NCBI GenBank assembly: GCA_965205265.1 | Contig: CBDBGH010000003.1 | Span: forward strand, 1,138,749 to 1,202,748 | DNA length: 64,000 nt | Reading direction: 5' to 3' | Source: Alphaproteobacteria bacterium | Lineage (GTDB): Bacteria > Pseudomonadota > Alphaproteobacteria > Bin95 | Shown: piece after piece, positions 17,945 to 26,789 of the stretch | Numbering within the stretch: the stretch's first letter is position 1 | Layout: every line of letters starts with the position of its first letter | Translations under genes and position numbers: made by a program | The notes under the pieces: model-generated | Databases searched by the model: none | What the model saw: only the letters and a program-made list of their open reading frames with translations | What the model was told of the DNA's origin: nothing

Positions 17945-18707
17945 CGAAACCTTCCGGCGCCTGGTTGCGGCCGCGGTCCTGATGCCGGCTGCGATTCTGG
18001 CGGTGTGGGCCGGGACGCCGTTTTGGGAAGCCCTGTTGTTCGCCGGCGCGCTGCTCGCCGGGCGCGAATGGGCTGCGATGGCCGAGCCGGAGGCGGTGAG
18101 GGCGTTTACGGCAATACCCGCGGCCGCCACGGCTCCGGCCCTGTTTTCGGCGCCGGCGGTCCTGCAGGGGGCGGTTGCGCTCGGGGCGGCCCTTGCGACC
18201 GGTTTGCTGTTCGGGCGCAGGGCGCTGGGGGCGGGGGTTCTCTATATCGCGCTTCCGGTCATGTGCCTCATCGCCCTCAGGCGCCCCGATTTCGGCGGCC
18301 TGGAACTCATCGTCTGGCTGTTCGCCGTTATCTGGGCAGGGGACATCGCGGCCTGGTGGACAGGGCGCAGACTCGGAGGCCCGAAGCTGGCGCCGTCCTG
18401 GAGCCCCGGCAAGACCTGGAGCGGCCTTGCCGGGGGGCTTGCCGCCGCCGGCGCCGCCGGGGCTGCCGCGAGCGCTGCCTTCGATGCGCCCGGAGGTGCC
18501 GGCGGCGGCTTCGCAGCCGGCGTGCTGGTCGGAGGAGCGGGAGCGGCCGGCGACCTGTTCGAAAGCGCCTGCAAGCGCCGCTTCGGCGTCAAGGACAGCG
18601 GCCGCCTGATTCCCGGGCATGGCGGGGTGCTGGACCGTGTGGACGCTCTCCTTGCGGGGGCCGCCGCCGTTATGCTGCTGACGGTTTGCGGGTGGCGCTG
18701 GACATGA
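17925..18707 (+). CDS. cdsA: phosphatidate cytidylyltransferase
   Basis: This sits in the frame of ORF 17631..18707, starting at ATG 17925 (MASALPDETFRRLV...), which overlaps the uppS end by 20 nt. The C-terminus SACKRRFGVKDSGRLIPGHGGVLDRVD is the CdsA signature. Confidence 0.9.
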   Translation: MASALPDETFRRLVAAAVLMPAAILAVWAGTPFWEALLFAGALLAGREWAAMAEPEAVRAFTAIPAAATAPALFSAPAVLQGAVALGAALATGLLFGRRALGAGVLYIALPVMCLIALRRPDFGGLELIVWLFAVIWAGDIAAWWTGRRLGGPKLAPSWSPGKTWSGLAGGLAAAGAAGAAASAAFDAPGGAGGGFAAGVLVGGAGAAGDLFESACKRRFGVKDSGRLIPGHGGVLDRVDALLAGAAAVMLLTVCGWRWT

Positions 18708-19879
18708 CGGCGAAGCGGGTGTCCATACTGGGTGCGACCGGTTCGGTAGGCGCGAATACGCTTTCCGTCATCGGCGAACATCGGGAGCGCTTTCGGGTCG
18801 TTGCCCTGGCGGCAGGAAGCAACGCCGGCCTTCTTGCGCAACAGGCCCGCGCATTCCGGCCCGAGTTCGCCGCGGTTGCGGAGCTCGGCAGCTATGCGGC
18901 GTTGAAGGAAGGACTGGCCGGAACCGGCATCGAGACGGCGGCCGGCCCGGAAGCGGTAGTGGAAGCCGCCAGACGCGATGCCGAATGGGTGATGGCGGCG
19001 ATTTCCGGCGCCGCAGGTCTGGAATCGACGCTCGCAGCGGTCGAGCGCGGCGCCGTTGTCGCTCTGGCCAACAAGGAAAGCCTGGTGTGTGCGGGCGAGC
19101 TGATGATGGCTGCGGCGCGCGCCTCCGGAAGCACGATCCTGCCGGTCGATTCCGAGCACAATGCGATCTTCCAGGTTTTCGATGCGCAGTGCCGGGACGC
19201 GGTCCGGCGCCTGATTCTGACGGCTTCCGGCGGGCCTTTCCGGTCCGCCAGCCGGGAAGAAATGGCCATCGTGCGTCCAGCCGAAGCCCTCAAACACCCG
19301 AATTGGGACATGGGCGCCAAGATAACCATCGATTCGGCGACCATGATGAACAAGGGCCTGGAGCTCATTGAGGCGCGCCACCTGTTCGCGATGTCCGGCG
19401 ACGCCATAGACATTCTCGTCCATCCGCAATCCATCGTGCATTCCATGGTGGAATATGCCGACGGGTCGGTGCTGGCGCAGCTGGGCACGCCCGACATGCG
19501 CACGCCGATAGCCGTTGCGCTCGCCTGGCCCGAGCGGCTGTCGGTGGCGGGCGAGCGCCTCGACCTTGCGGCGATAGGCCGTCTCGACTTCGAGCCGCCC
19601 GACCCCGAGCGGTTTCCGGCCCTTGCGCTTGCCCGGCAGGCGCTGGAAAGCGGCGGCACGGAACCGGCGGCGCTCAGCGCGGCGAACGAAGTGGCGGTTG
19701 CGGCGTTCCTGTCGGAGCGGATCGGCTTCCTGCAAATCGCCGAGATTGCGGGCGACACCGTCGCGGCAATGGGGTCCGGCCGGCTTGCCGGCCTGGACGA
19801 TGTGCGGTCCGCCGACCGGGAGGCGCGGGAAGTGGCGGAGCGGCTGGTCGACCGGGCCGCAGACAGGAGTTCGCGCTAG
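18704..19879 (+). CDS. dxr: 1-deoxy-D-xylulose 5-phosphate reductoisomerase
   Basis: ORF 18005..19879 trimmed to ATG 18704, with an ATGA overlap with cdsA. It contains VSILGATGSVGANTL, ANKESLV, DSEHNAIFQ and NKGLELIEA. Confidence 0.95.
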   Translation: MTAKRVSILGATGSVGANTLSVIGEHRERFRVVALAAGSNAGLLAQQARAFRPEFAAVAELGSYAALKEGLAGTGIETAAGPEAVVEAARRDAEWVMAAISGAAGLESTLAAVERGAVVALANKESLVCAGELMMAAARASGSTILPVDSEHNAIFQVFDAQCRDAVRRLILTASGGPFRSASREEMAIVRPAEALKHPNWDMGAKITIDSATMMNKGLELIEARHLFAMSGDAIDILVHPQSIVHSMVEYADGSVLAQLGTPDMRTPIAVALAWPERLSVAGERLDLAAIGRLDFEPPDPERFPALALARQALESGGTEPAALSAANEVAVAAFLSERIGFLQIAEIAGDTVAAMGSGRLAGLDDVRSADREAREVAERLVDRAADRSSR

Positions 19880-19956
19880 TGTCCCGGTTTCGAAGTCCGT
19901 ATGACCTGGATCGGGGTACGAGGCCTCTTCGGTTCGACGATTCCTTCGTCATGCCC

Positions 19957-20000
19957 GCCCCCCATATCGTCATGCACGGACTTGTTCCATTGCTGTCCGG
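19957..20000. repeat. partial/degenerate arm of the 88-bp palindromic repeat family
   Basis: CCCCCATATCGTCATGCACGGACTTGTTCCATTGCTGTCCGG. Its tail, CCATTGCTGTCCGG, is the reverse complement of CCGGACAGCAATGG at 20318. Confidence 0.7.
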
Positions 20001-20103
20001 TTTAGGATTTGCGGGCAGGGCGCATGGCGTGGATTCAACCGGGTTTCGAGGAGATCGGCGGGATTGGGACTCGGATCGATGCCTGACGTCCCAACCCTCA
20101 CAT

Positions 20104-20191
20104 CGTCATACCCGGACTTGTTCCGGGTATCCATACGGCCGTCCGACGGAAGCTGTGGCGGGAGATACCCGGAACAAGTCCGGGTATGACG
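20104..20191. repeat. 88-bp nested-palindrome MITE/REP-like element, copy 1
   Basis: CGTCATACCCGGACTTGTTCCGGGTATCC...GGAGATACCCGGAACAAGTCCGGGTATGACG. The terminal arms of about 28 bp are inverted repeats of each other, and each arm is itself a hairpin (CCCGGA-CTTGT-TCCGGG). Confidence 0.9.
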
Positions 20192-20317
20192 AAAGAACCT
20201 GTCTTGAGCCTGTCGAAGGGGGGCGTCCGGGCTTCACGGGCAAGGGGCGGATCACGGACGCCGCGCGCTCCCGAAACCCCCGGCGGACTCCCGTTCAGCC
20301 TCGCCCAATGGCTGAAC

Positions 20318-20404
20318 CGGACAGCAATGGACTTGTTCCGGGCATCCACTTCCGCCGCCGCAATGGCCCCGAGGGAGATGCCCGGAACAAGTCCGGGCAT
20401 GACC
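20318..20404. repeat. nested-palindrome MITE/REP-like element, copy 2 (left arm rearranged)
   Basis: CCGGACAGCAATGGACTTGTTCCGGGCATCCACTTCCGCC...GAGATGCCCGGAACAAGTCCGGGCATGACCGG. Confidence 0.8.
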
Positions 20405-20435
20405 GGAAAAGACAGGACACCAGGGAGGCGTCCGG

Positions 20436-21539
20436 TTGAGCTTCATTTGGGAATATCTGGTCCCGTTCCTGGTCCTGCTGAGCGTGCTCGTGTTCGTGCA
20501 CGAGTTCGGCCATTACTGGGCGGCGCGGCGGTGCGGCATCAGGGTGGAGGTCTTTTCCGTCGGGTTCGGCCGCGAGCTCTGGGGCCGGACCGACCGGGCC
20601 GGAACGCGCTGGAAGTTCGCTCTCATTCCGCTTGGCGGCTATGTGCGCATGTTCGGTGAGGCGGACGGCGCGCGCGCGCTGACGCCGGAGGAACACGCCG
20701 TCGCGTTCGGCAGCAAATCGCTCGGGCAGCGGGCGTTCGTTGTGGCGGCGGGTCCGGCGGCGAACTTCCTCTTTGCGATCCTCCTTGCCGCCGTCATGTT
20801 CATGACTTACGGCCAGCGGCATACCAGCCCCGTCGTCACCGAAGTGGTGCAGGGCGGCGCCGCCGCGTCGGCCGGCATCCGCGCGGGCGACCGCTTCGTG
20901 GAGCTCGACGGCGAGACGATTGCGCGGTTCGAGGACCTGCAGCGGATCGTGCGGCTCAGTCCCGGCCGGCCGCTGGAAGCCGTCGTGGTCCGCGGCGGCG
21001 CGGAAACGGCGTTCACCGTCACGCCTGCGGTGGAACGCCAGACCGACAGCCTCGGCAATGTGCATGAGTTCGGCCTGCTCGGCGTGCGCGGCAGAGCGAC
21101 GGAGACCGTGCGCCTCGGACCCGGGGAGGCGCTGGGCGCCGCGGTCGATTACACCTGGACCATGACGGTGACCATCCTCGCCTTCGTCGGCGAGATGATC
21201 GAGGGCCGCCGCTCCACCGACGAGCTCGGCGGGGTGCTTCGCATCGGGCATCTGGCAGGCGAGGTCGCGAAGATCGACTTCTCGGCCTACCTGCATTTCA
21301 TGGTGCTGTTGTCGATCAATCTCGGCCTCATCAACCTGTTCCCGATTCCGCTTCTGGACGGCGGGCATCTTGTCTTCTATGCAATTGAAGCGATTCGGGG
21401 CCGTCCGCTCGGGCAGAAGGCCCAGGAAATCGGGTTCAGGATCGGCCTGGGCCTGGTGGTGGCGTTGATGCTGTTCGTAACCTGGAACGACTTGGTGTAC
21501 TTTCAGGTTGTCGCATTCTTGGAACGCGTCGTCGGATGA
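20436..21539 (+). CDS. rseP: RIP metalloprotease RseP (site-2 protease)
   Basis: The 367-aa protein has a TTG start. VHEFGHYWAARRCG is the HExxH motif, and the C-terminal NLFPIPLLDGGH motif is present. Confidence 0.93.
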   Translation: MSFIWEYLVPFLVLLSVLVFVHEFGHYWAARRCGIRVEVFSVGFGRELWGRTDRAGTRWKFALIPLGGYVRMFGEADGARALTPEEHAVAFGSKSLGQRAFVVAAGPAANFLFAILLAAVMFMTYGQRHTSPVVTEVVQGGAAASAGIRAGDRFVELDGETIARFEDLQRIVRLSPGRPLEAVVVRGGAETAFTVTPAVERQTDSLGNVHEFGLLGVRGRATETVRLGPGEALGAAVDYTWTMTVTILAFVGEMIEGRRSTDELGGVLRIGHLAGEVAKIDFSAYLHFMVLLSINLGLINLFPIPLLDGGHLVFYAIEAIRGRPLGQKAQEIGFRIGLGLVVALMLFVTWNDLVYFQVVAFLERVVG

Positions 21540-21559
21540 CGCCGTCGATAGGGGATTCC

Positions 21560-23848
21560 ATGAGCAGATGGCGAGTCGTGCTTGCCGCATGGGTGCTGGC
21601 CGCCGCTATGGCGCTGCCGCCGGCGGTTGCCGACGCCCAGACGGGCGGCGCCGTCCGCGACATCGAGGTTGTCGGCGCGCAGCGCGTGGACGCCGAAACC
21701 GTCCGTTCCTATATGCGCGTGCAGCCGGGCGATCCCCTGGGACCGAGAACCATCAGCGACGCCCTGAAGAGCCTGTTCGAAACCGGCTATTTCGCCGATG
21801 TCAGCATCGACATGCGCGGCGATGTCATGGTGGTGACGGTCGCGGAGAACCCGGTCGTCAACCGTATTGCGTTCGAGGGAAACAGGCGGATCGACGATGA
21901 GACGCTCGGGCCCGAAGTACAGCTGAAACCGCGCCAGATCTTCACCCGTTCGGCGGCGGAACGGGATGTCAAACGCATTCTCGAAATTTACCGGCGGTCG
22001 GGCCGCTTTGCGGCAAGCGTCGAGGCGAAAATTATCGAACTTCCGCAGAACCGCGTGGATGTCGCCTTCGAGATCGACGAAGGAGAACAGACCCTTATCG
22101 AGAAGATCGTGTTCATCGGCAACGAGCAATTCAGCGACAGCGAGCTGATAGGCGAGATCAGCAGCAAGGAAGCAGCCTGGTACCGCTTTCTCTCGAATGA
22201 CGATGTTTACGATCCGGATCGCGTGGCGTTCGACCGCGAACAGCTTCGCGCCTTCTATCTCTCCAACGGTTACGTCGATTTCCGGGTGGCTTCGGCAGTC
22301 GCCGAGCTGACGCCGGACCGGGACGGCTTTATCCTGACTTTCACCGTGGAAGAAGGTCCGCAATACACCTTTGGCGCCATCTCGCTCGAAAACCGGTTGG
22401 TGGACATTCCGGACTTCCGCCTGTCATCCTTCCTCCAGCCTCGTACGGGTGAAATCTACGACAGGGGAAAGGTCCGTGAAACGGTGGACGGTCTGGTCGA
22501 AGCGGTGGGCGCTTCGGGATTTGCGTTTGTGGATGTCCAGCCGCGCTCGACGATCCGCAGGGAAGAACGGGAAGTCGATCTCGTGTTCCTCGTCGATGAA
22601 GGACCGAGGATTTATGTCGAACGTATCGACATCGAAGGAAACCTGCGCACGCTTGACCGCGTAATCCGGCGCGAATTCGGAATTGTGGAGGGAGATGCAT
22701 ACAGCCCCTCCAAAGTCGCCAGGGCAACCCGGCAGGTGCGCAATCTGGGTTATTTCAGGAAGGTCGATGTTTCGAATGAGCGGGGAAGCCGGCCGGACCG
22801 GACTCGCGTTACGGTCGAGGTGGAAGAGACGGCCACGGGCGAGTTCTCGATAGGCGCCGGCTATTCCAGCGAGAGCGGCGGGCTGCTTTCGCTGAGACTA
22901 GCCGAACGCAACCTGCTCGGGAAAGGACAGACTCTGGCTCTTTCTACGACGCTTGCCGAAGAGCAGAACCAGATCGAATTGTCCTTCACCGAACCGTATT
23001 TCCAGGACCAGCCTCTCTCGGTAGGCGGCGATATCTTCCGGGTCGTGACTGAAAACGACGACCTGGGATCTTACGATCTGGAAAGAACCGGCAGCCGCCT
23101 TCGGATCGGTTACAAACTTTCCCAGAACTGGTATCAGCGCTGGCGCTATTCCGTGACCCGCCGGTTGCAGAAGCCTCACCCCGGCAATAATATTTTACGG
23201 AGGGACTCCACTATCTCTTCGGTTGTCGGGCATGAAGTCGCGTACGATACGCGGGACAATCGGTTCAACCCGACTTCGGGAAATATCCTGAGCATCAGCA
23301 ATGACCTGGCGGGCCTCGGAGGGCAGGCCCGCTATCTCCGCACGGATGTCAGGGGGACGCATTATCTGCCCATGTCGAGGAAGCCGCCGGTGACCCTGGC
23401 GCTGTCCGCACGGGCCGGCGCGATCTACGGGCTCGGCAAGGATGTCGGACTTGTGGACCGTTATTTCCTCGGCGGCAGGACCTTGCGGGGCTTCGAGTTC
23501 GGCGGAGTCGGTCCGCGGCTCAACTCAAGAAGCATGAGTCCCGGCATTGCAATCGGCGGCAACTACCTTGCGACCACCTCCGCAGAAGCGATCTTTCCGG
23601 TCAGCCTGTCGGCGGAAGATCTCGGCCTCCAGGCGAGGCTGTTCGCCGAGTTCGGCACGCTTACCGGAGTCGACGACATCAATAGCCAGAATTACGACGA
23701 CGACGCCTCGATACGCGGCTCGATCGGCTTCGGCATATCCTGGACCACGCCGCTCGGGCCGCTTCGCCTCGATTTCGCCTGGCCGGTCGTGAAGGAAGAC
23801 TTCGACAAGGACGAAACGATCCTGTTCAGCATCGGGCAACAGTTCTGA
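21560..23848 (+). CDS. bamA: outer membrane protein assembly factor BamA
   Basis: ORF 21536..23848. The signal peptide is MSRWRVVLAAWVLAAAMALPPAVADAQ, followed by POTRA repeats (IEVVGAQRVDAETVRSYM...) and a C-terminal beta-barrel ending ...ILFSIGQQF. I set the start to ATG 21560 behind AGGGGA; ATG 21536 is also possible. Confidence 0.93.
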   Translation: MSRWRVVLAAWVLAAAMALPPAVADAQTGGAVRDIEVVGAQRVDAETVRSYMRVQPGDPLGPRTISDALKSLFETGYFADVSIDMRGDVMVVTVAENPVVNRIAFEGNRRIDDETLGPEVQLKPRQIFTRSAAERDVKRILEIYRRSGRFAASVEAKIIELPQNRVDVAFEIDEGEQTLIEKIVFIGNEQFSDSELIGEISSKEAAWYRFLSNDDVYDPDRVAFDREQLRAFYLSNGYVDFRVASAVAELTPDRDGFILTFTVEEGPQYTFGAISLENRLVDIPDFRLSSFLQPRTGEIYDRGKVRETVDGLVEAVGASGFAFVDVQPRSTIRREEREVDLVFLVDEGPRIYVERIDIEGNLRTLDRVIRREFGIVEGDAYSPSKVARATRQVRNLGYFRKVDVSNERGSRPDRTRVTVEVEETATGEFSIGAGYSSESGGLLSLRLAERNLLGKGQTLALSTTLAEEQNQIELSFTEPYFQDQPLSVGGDIFRVVTENDDLGSYDLERTGSRLRIGYKLSQNWYQRWRYSVTRRLQKPHPGNNILRRDSTISSVVGHEVAYDTRDNRFNPTSGNILSISNDLAGLGGQARYLRTDVRGTHYLPMSRKPPVTLALSARAGAIYGLGKDVGLVDRYFLGGRTLRGFEFGGVGPRLNSRSMSPGIAIGGNYLATTSAEAIFPVSLSAEDLGLQARLFAEFGTLTGVDDINSQNYDDDASIRGSIGFGISWTTPLGPLRLDFAWPVVKEDFDKDETILFSIGQQF

Positions 23849-24384
23849 TGCGCAGGCTCATAGCGGTATGGCTGCTGTGCCTCTGCACGGCGCCGGCTCT
23901 GGCCGAGGTGCCGCAATCGGTCGTCATCGTCGTCGATACCAACAGGATCATGCGCGAGGCGCAGGCGGCGGTCGGGATCGCCCGGCAGGTGGAAGAGCTG
24001 GGAGCGCGTTACGGAAACGACTTCAATGCCGCCGAGGCGCGCCTGCGGCAGGAAGACCAGTCGCTGAAGGACCAGCGCGGCCTGCTCTCCAAGGAAGCCT
24101 ACAAGGCCAGGGTGAAGGAGTTGCGCGAGCAGCTCGTGAAACTTCGCAGCAGCGCCCAGCGCCAACGGACCCTGCTGGACCGCGCGCGCGCCGAAGCGCT
24201 GCGCAAGGTCCAGCTGCAGCTGCAGATCGTGGCGCGCGAACTGGCTGCGAAGCTCGGCGCGAATATTGTCGTGCAGAAGGCCGCCCTGGTATGGGCGGAC
24301 GAGAACGCCCTGGAGTTCACCGAGGACGTTCTGAACCGCTTGAACGAGGTCCTGCCGGGTGTAACAATTGAAGTTTCGGAGTAA
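23848..24384 (+). CDS. skp: OmpH/Skp family periplasmic chaperone
   Basis: The 178-aa protein has a signal peptide (MRRLIAVWLLCLCTAPALA) and a coiled-coil region rich in Q/R/L/A. It occupies the canonical position after bamA, with a TGATG overlap. Confidence 0.85.
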   Translation: MRRLIAVWLLCLCTAPALAEVPQSVVIVVDTNRIMREAQAAVGIARQVEELGARYGNDFNAAEARLRQEDQSLKDQRGLLSKEAYKARVKELREQLVKLRSSAQRQRTLLDRARAEALRKVQLQLQIVARELAAKLGANIVVQKAALVWADENALEFTEDVLNRLNEVLPGVTIEVSE

Positions 24385-24419
24385 GCGGCGAAAGTCCCGG
24401 CGGAGGGCGGCGAGGGCAT

Positions 24420-24875
24420 ATGACTACTGACGACGCCGATATCGCAGAGATCGGCGAGGTGATGGCGACGATTCCTCATCGCTATCCCTTCCTCATGATC
24501 GATCGCGTAACCGAGATCCGGCTGGGCGAAAGCGCAGTCGGTATCAAGAATGTTTCTATCAACGAGATGCATTTCCAGGGGCATTTCCCGTCCAAGCCCG
24601 TCATGCCGGGCGTCCTGCTGGTCGAGGCGATGGCGCAGACGGCGGCCGTGCTCGTCGTGAAGACGATGGGCGATCATGTGCGGGGCAAGCTGGTCTATTT
24701 CATGACCATCGACAATGCGCGCTTCCGCCGGCCGGTCGTGCCGGGCGACCAGGTGCGCGTGGAAGTCGCGGTTCGCCGCCACCGGGGCGCGGTGTGGCGG
24801 TTCCGGGGCGAAGCCAGGGTGGACGGGGTCCTCGCGGCGGAGGCCGAATACAGCGCAATGATCCAGGGGTTGTGA
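24420..24875 (+). CDS. fabZ: 3-hydroxyacyl-ACP dehydratase FabZ
   Basis: IPHRYPFLMIDRV, HFQGHFPSKPVMPGVLLVEAMAQ. Confidence 0.96.
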   Translation: MTTDDADIAEIGEVMATIPHRYPFLMIDRVTEIRLGESAVGIKNVSINEMHFQGHFPSKPVMPGVLLVEAMAQTAAVLVVKTMGDHVRGKLVYFMTIDNARFRRPVVPGDQVRVEVAVRRHRGAVWRFRGEARVDGVLAAEAEYSAMIQGL

Positions 24876-25681
24876 TGGCGCGCTCGATACACCCGAGCGC
24901 CGTCGTCGAGGACGGAGCGACGCTCGGCGAAGGCGTGCAGGTCGGGCCTTTCTGCCATGTGGGCGCAGAGGTCGAGCTGGCCGAAGGCTGCGTCCTCCAC
25001 TCCCATGTGGCGGTGGCGGGGCGCACGGCGGTCGGTCCGCGCACCAGGATCTTTCCTTTCGCCTCGGTCGGGCACCCGCCGCAGGACCTGAAATATGCGG
25101 GCGAGCCCTCGACGCTGGAAATCGGGGCGGACAACATCATCCGCGAACACGTCACGCTGAATCCGGGCACGAAAGGCGGCGGCATGCGCACCGTCGTTGG
25201 AGACCGGAACCTGTTCATGATGGGCGCGCATGTGGCGCACGATTGCCGGGTGGGCAACGGATGCGTGCTGGCGAACAACGCCACGCTCGGCGGGCATGTC
25301 GTCCTTGAGGACGGGGCCATCGTCGGCGGCCTTGCGGCCGTTCACCAGTTCGTCCGTGTCGGCGCCCATGCGATGATCGGCGGCCTGTCCGCCGTCGTGC
25401 AGGACGTCATTCCCTACGGCATGGTATTCGGCGACCGCGCGACGCTGCGGGGCCTCAACTGGATCGGCATGAAGCGCGCGGGAACCGACCGCAAGACCCT
25501 GGCGCGGCTGCGAAAGGCGTTCCGGCAACTGTTCGACGGCGAAGGCCCGATGGGCGAACGGCTCGACGCCGTTTCGGCGGAGCACGGAGCCGATCCCATG
25601 GTGCGCCGCATCGTCGAGTTCATGGCCGCCGAATCGGACCGCGGCCTCTGCCTGCCGGAAAGCTCCGGGGATGCAGCCTAA
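24875..25681 (+). CDS. lpxA: acyl-ACP--UDP-N-acetylglucosamine O-acyltransferase
   Basis: ORF 24794..25681 trimmed to ATG 24875 (MARSIHPSAVVEDGATLGEGVQVGPFCHVG...). Hexapeptide repeats are present, and the C-terminal part has GLNWIGMKRAG. Confidence 0.93.
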   Translation: MARSIHPSAVVEDGATLGEGVQVGPFCHVGAEVELAEGCVLHSHVAVAGRTAVGPRTRIFPFASVGHPPQDLKYAGEPSTLEIGADNIIREHVTLNPGTKGGGMRTVVGDRNLFMMGAHVAHDCRVGNGCVLANNATLGGHVVLEDGAIVGGLAAVHQFVRVGAHAMIGGLSAVVQDVIPYGMVFGDRATLRGLNWIGMKRAGTDRKTLARLRKAFRQLFDGEGPMGERLDAVSAEHGADPMVRRIVEFMAAESDRGLCLPESSGDAA

Positions 25682-26516
25682 GCTGGCGATCGTCGCCGGC
25701 GGCGGATCGCTGCCGCTTGCACTGGCCGAAGCCTGCCGCACGAGCGAACGGCCCTATTTCCTTCTCGGCCTGGAGGGATTTGCGGAGCCGGACCGGCTTG
25801 CGGGGCATCCGCACCGCTGGGGCCGGATCGGCGCGGTCGGCCGGGTCATCGAGACGGTTCTCGAAGAAGGGGCGGGCGAGGTGGCGTTCGCCGGCCATGT
25901 CCGCCGCCCGTCGCTGGCGGCGCTCAGGCCGGACCTGTTCACGGTTCGCCTGCTTGCCCGGACCGGCAGGAAGGCGCTGGGCGACGACGGGCTGATGCGG
26001 CTCGTGACGGAGGCGTTCGAAGGCAAGGGCCTGCGGGTGGTCGAGGTGTCGTCCATCCTGGCCGACACATTGGCCCCGCCGGGTCCGCTCGGCGCGCTGG
26101 AGCCGGACGAGACCGCGCGGGAAGACATCCGCCGCGGCCTGGAAGTGGCCGAGGCGCTCGGACGCGCCGATGCGGGCCAGGCGGTGGTCGTGCAGCAGGG
26201 AATCGTGCTGGCGATAGAAGCGGCGGAAGGCACCGACCGGATGATCGCCCGGGCCTCCCGCCTCAGGCGGGAAGGGCCGGGCGGCGTGCTGGTCAAGATG
26301 GCGAAACCCCAGCAGGACCGGCGCATGGACCTGCCGGTGATCGGCCCGGATACGGTCGAAGCCGCGGCCGCTGCCGGGCTGCGGGGGATTGCGGTCGAGG
26401 CCGGCGGTGTGCTGGTCCTGGACCGGGAAGCGGCGGTCCGCAGCGCCGATGAAAAGGGGCTGTTCATCGCCGGCGCGGAGCCCGGCGCCGCCGAAGCCCC
26501 GCGCCGGAACGGGTAG
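25671..26516 (+). CDS. lpxI: UDP-2,3-diacylglucosamine diphosphatase LpxI (DUF1009)
   Basis: MQPKLAIVAGGGSLPLALAE..., ...DAGQAVVVQQGIVLAIEAAEGTDRMI..., KPQQDRRMDLPVIGPDTV. This is the alphaproteobacterial replacement for LpxH and is in the usual position after lpxA. Confidence 0.88.
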   Translation: MQPKLAIVAGGGSLPLALAEACRTSERPYFLLGLEGFAEPDRLAGHPHRWGRIGAVGRVIETVLEEGAGEVAFAGHVRRPSLAALRPDLFTVRLLARTGRKALGDDGLMRLVTEAFEGKGLRVVEVSSILADTLAPPGPLGALEPDETAREDIRRGLEVAEALGRADAGQAVVVQQGIVLAIEAAEGTDRMIARASRLRREGPGGVLVKMAKPQQDRRMDLPVIGPDTVEAAAAAGLRGIAVEAGGVLVLDREAAVRSADEKGLFIAGAEPGAAEAPRRNG

Positions 26517-26555
26517 GGCGCCGAACCCGTTCAGGCCAGCACGGAAGTCGGGCCG

Positions 26556-26731
26556 TCCTTCGATACGCGCCGGCCTTCGCGGGGCGAAGGCCGGCGCTAC
26601 TCAGGATGAGGGGGAGATGAGGCCGGTCGCTCGTGCGCGCCCCTCCCCTCATCCTGAGCAGCGACCACGCCAGCAGATGCCTCCCCAACCCTTATCCTGA
26701 GTAGCCGACCGGAGGGAGGCGTATCGAAGGA
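26556..26731. repeat. composite structured intergenic repeat with nested inverted repeats
   Basis: The outer 13-bp inverted repeat is TCCTTCGATACGC (26556-26568) / GCGTATCGAAGGA (26719-26731). A perfect 13-bp-stem hairpin lies at 26567-26597. CTCAGGATGAGGGG (26600-26613) pairs with CCCCTCATCCTGAG (26645-26658), and there is a third copy, CCTTATCCTGAGTAG, at 26690-26704. Confidence 0.85.
26567..26597 (+). terminator. strong GC hairpin downstream of lpxI (possible terminator/REP; no U-tract)
   Basis: GCGCCGGCCTTCG-CGGGG-CGAAGGCCGGCGC is a 13-bp perfect stem with a 5-nt loop, about 50 nt after the lpxI stop. It is followed by TACTCAGG, so it is not a canonical intrinsic terminator. Confidence 0.35.
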
Positions 26732-26789
26732 TGGACCCCCGGATGGAAGCGCTGCCCGTTTCAAACCGGTCGGATATGGCGCCAACGCC

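Noticed and set aside
19900-19950. Possible tRNA fragment (GGTTCGACGATTCC resembles a T-arm)
   Set aside because: No acceptor, anticodon or D-arm can be built around it, and the T-loop consensus GGTTCGAATCC is interrupted. No tRNA, rRNA, tmRNA or RNase P-like sequence was recognisable anywhere in the window by eye.
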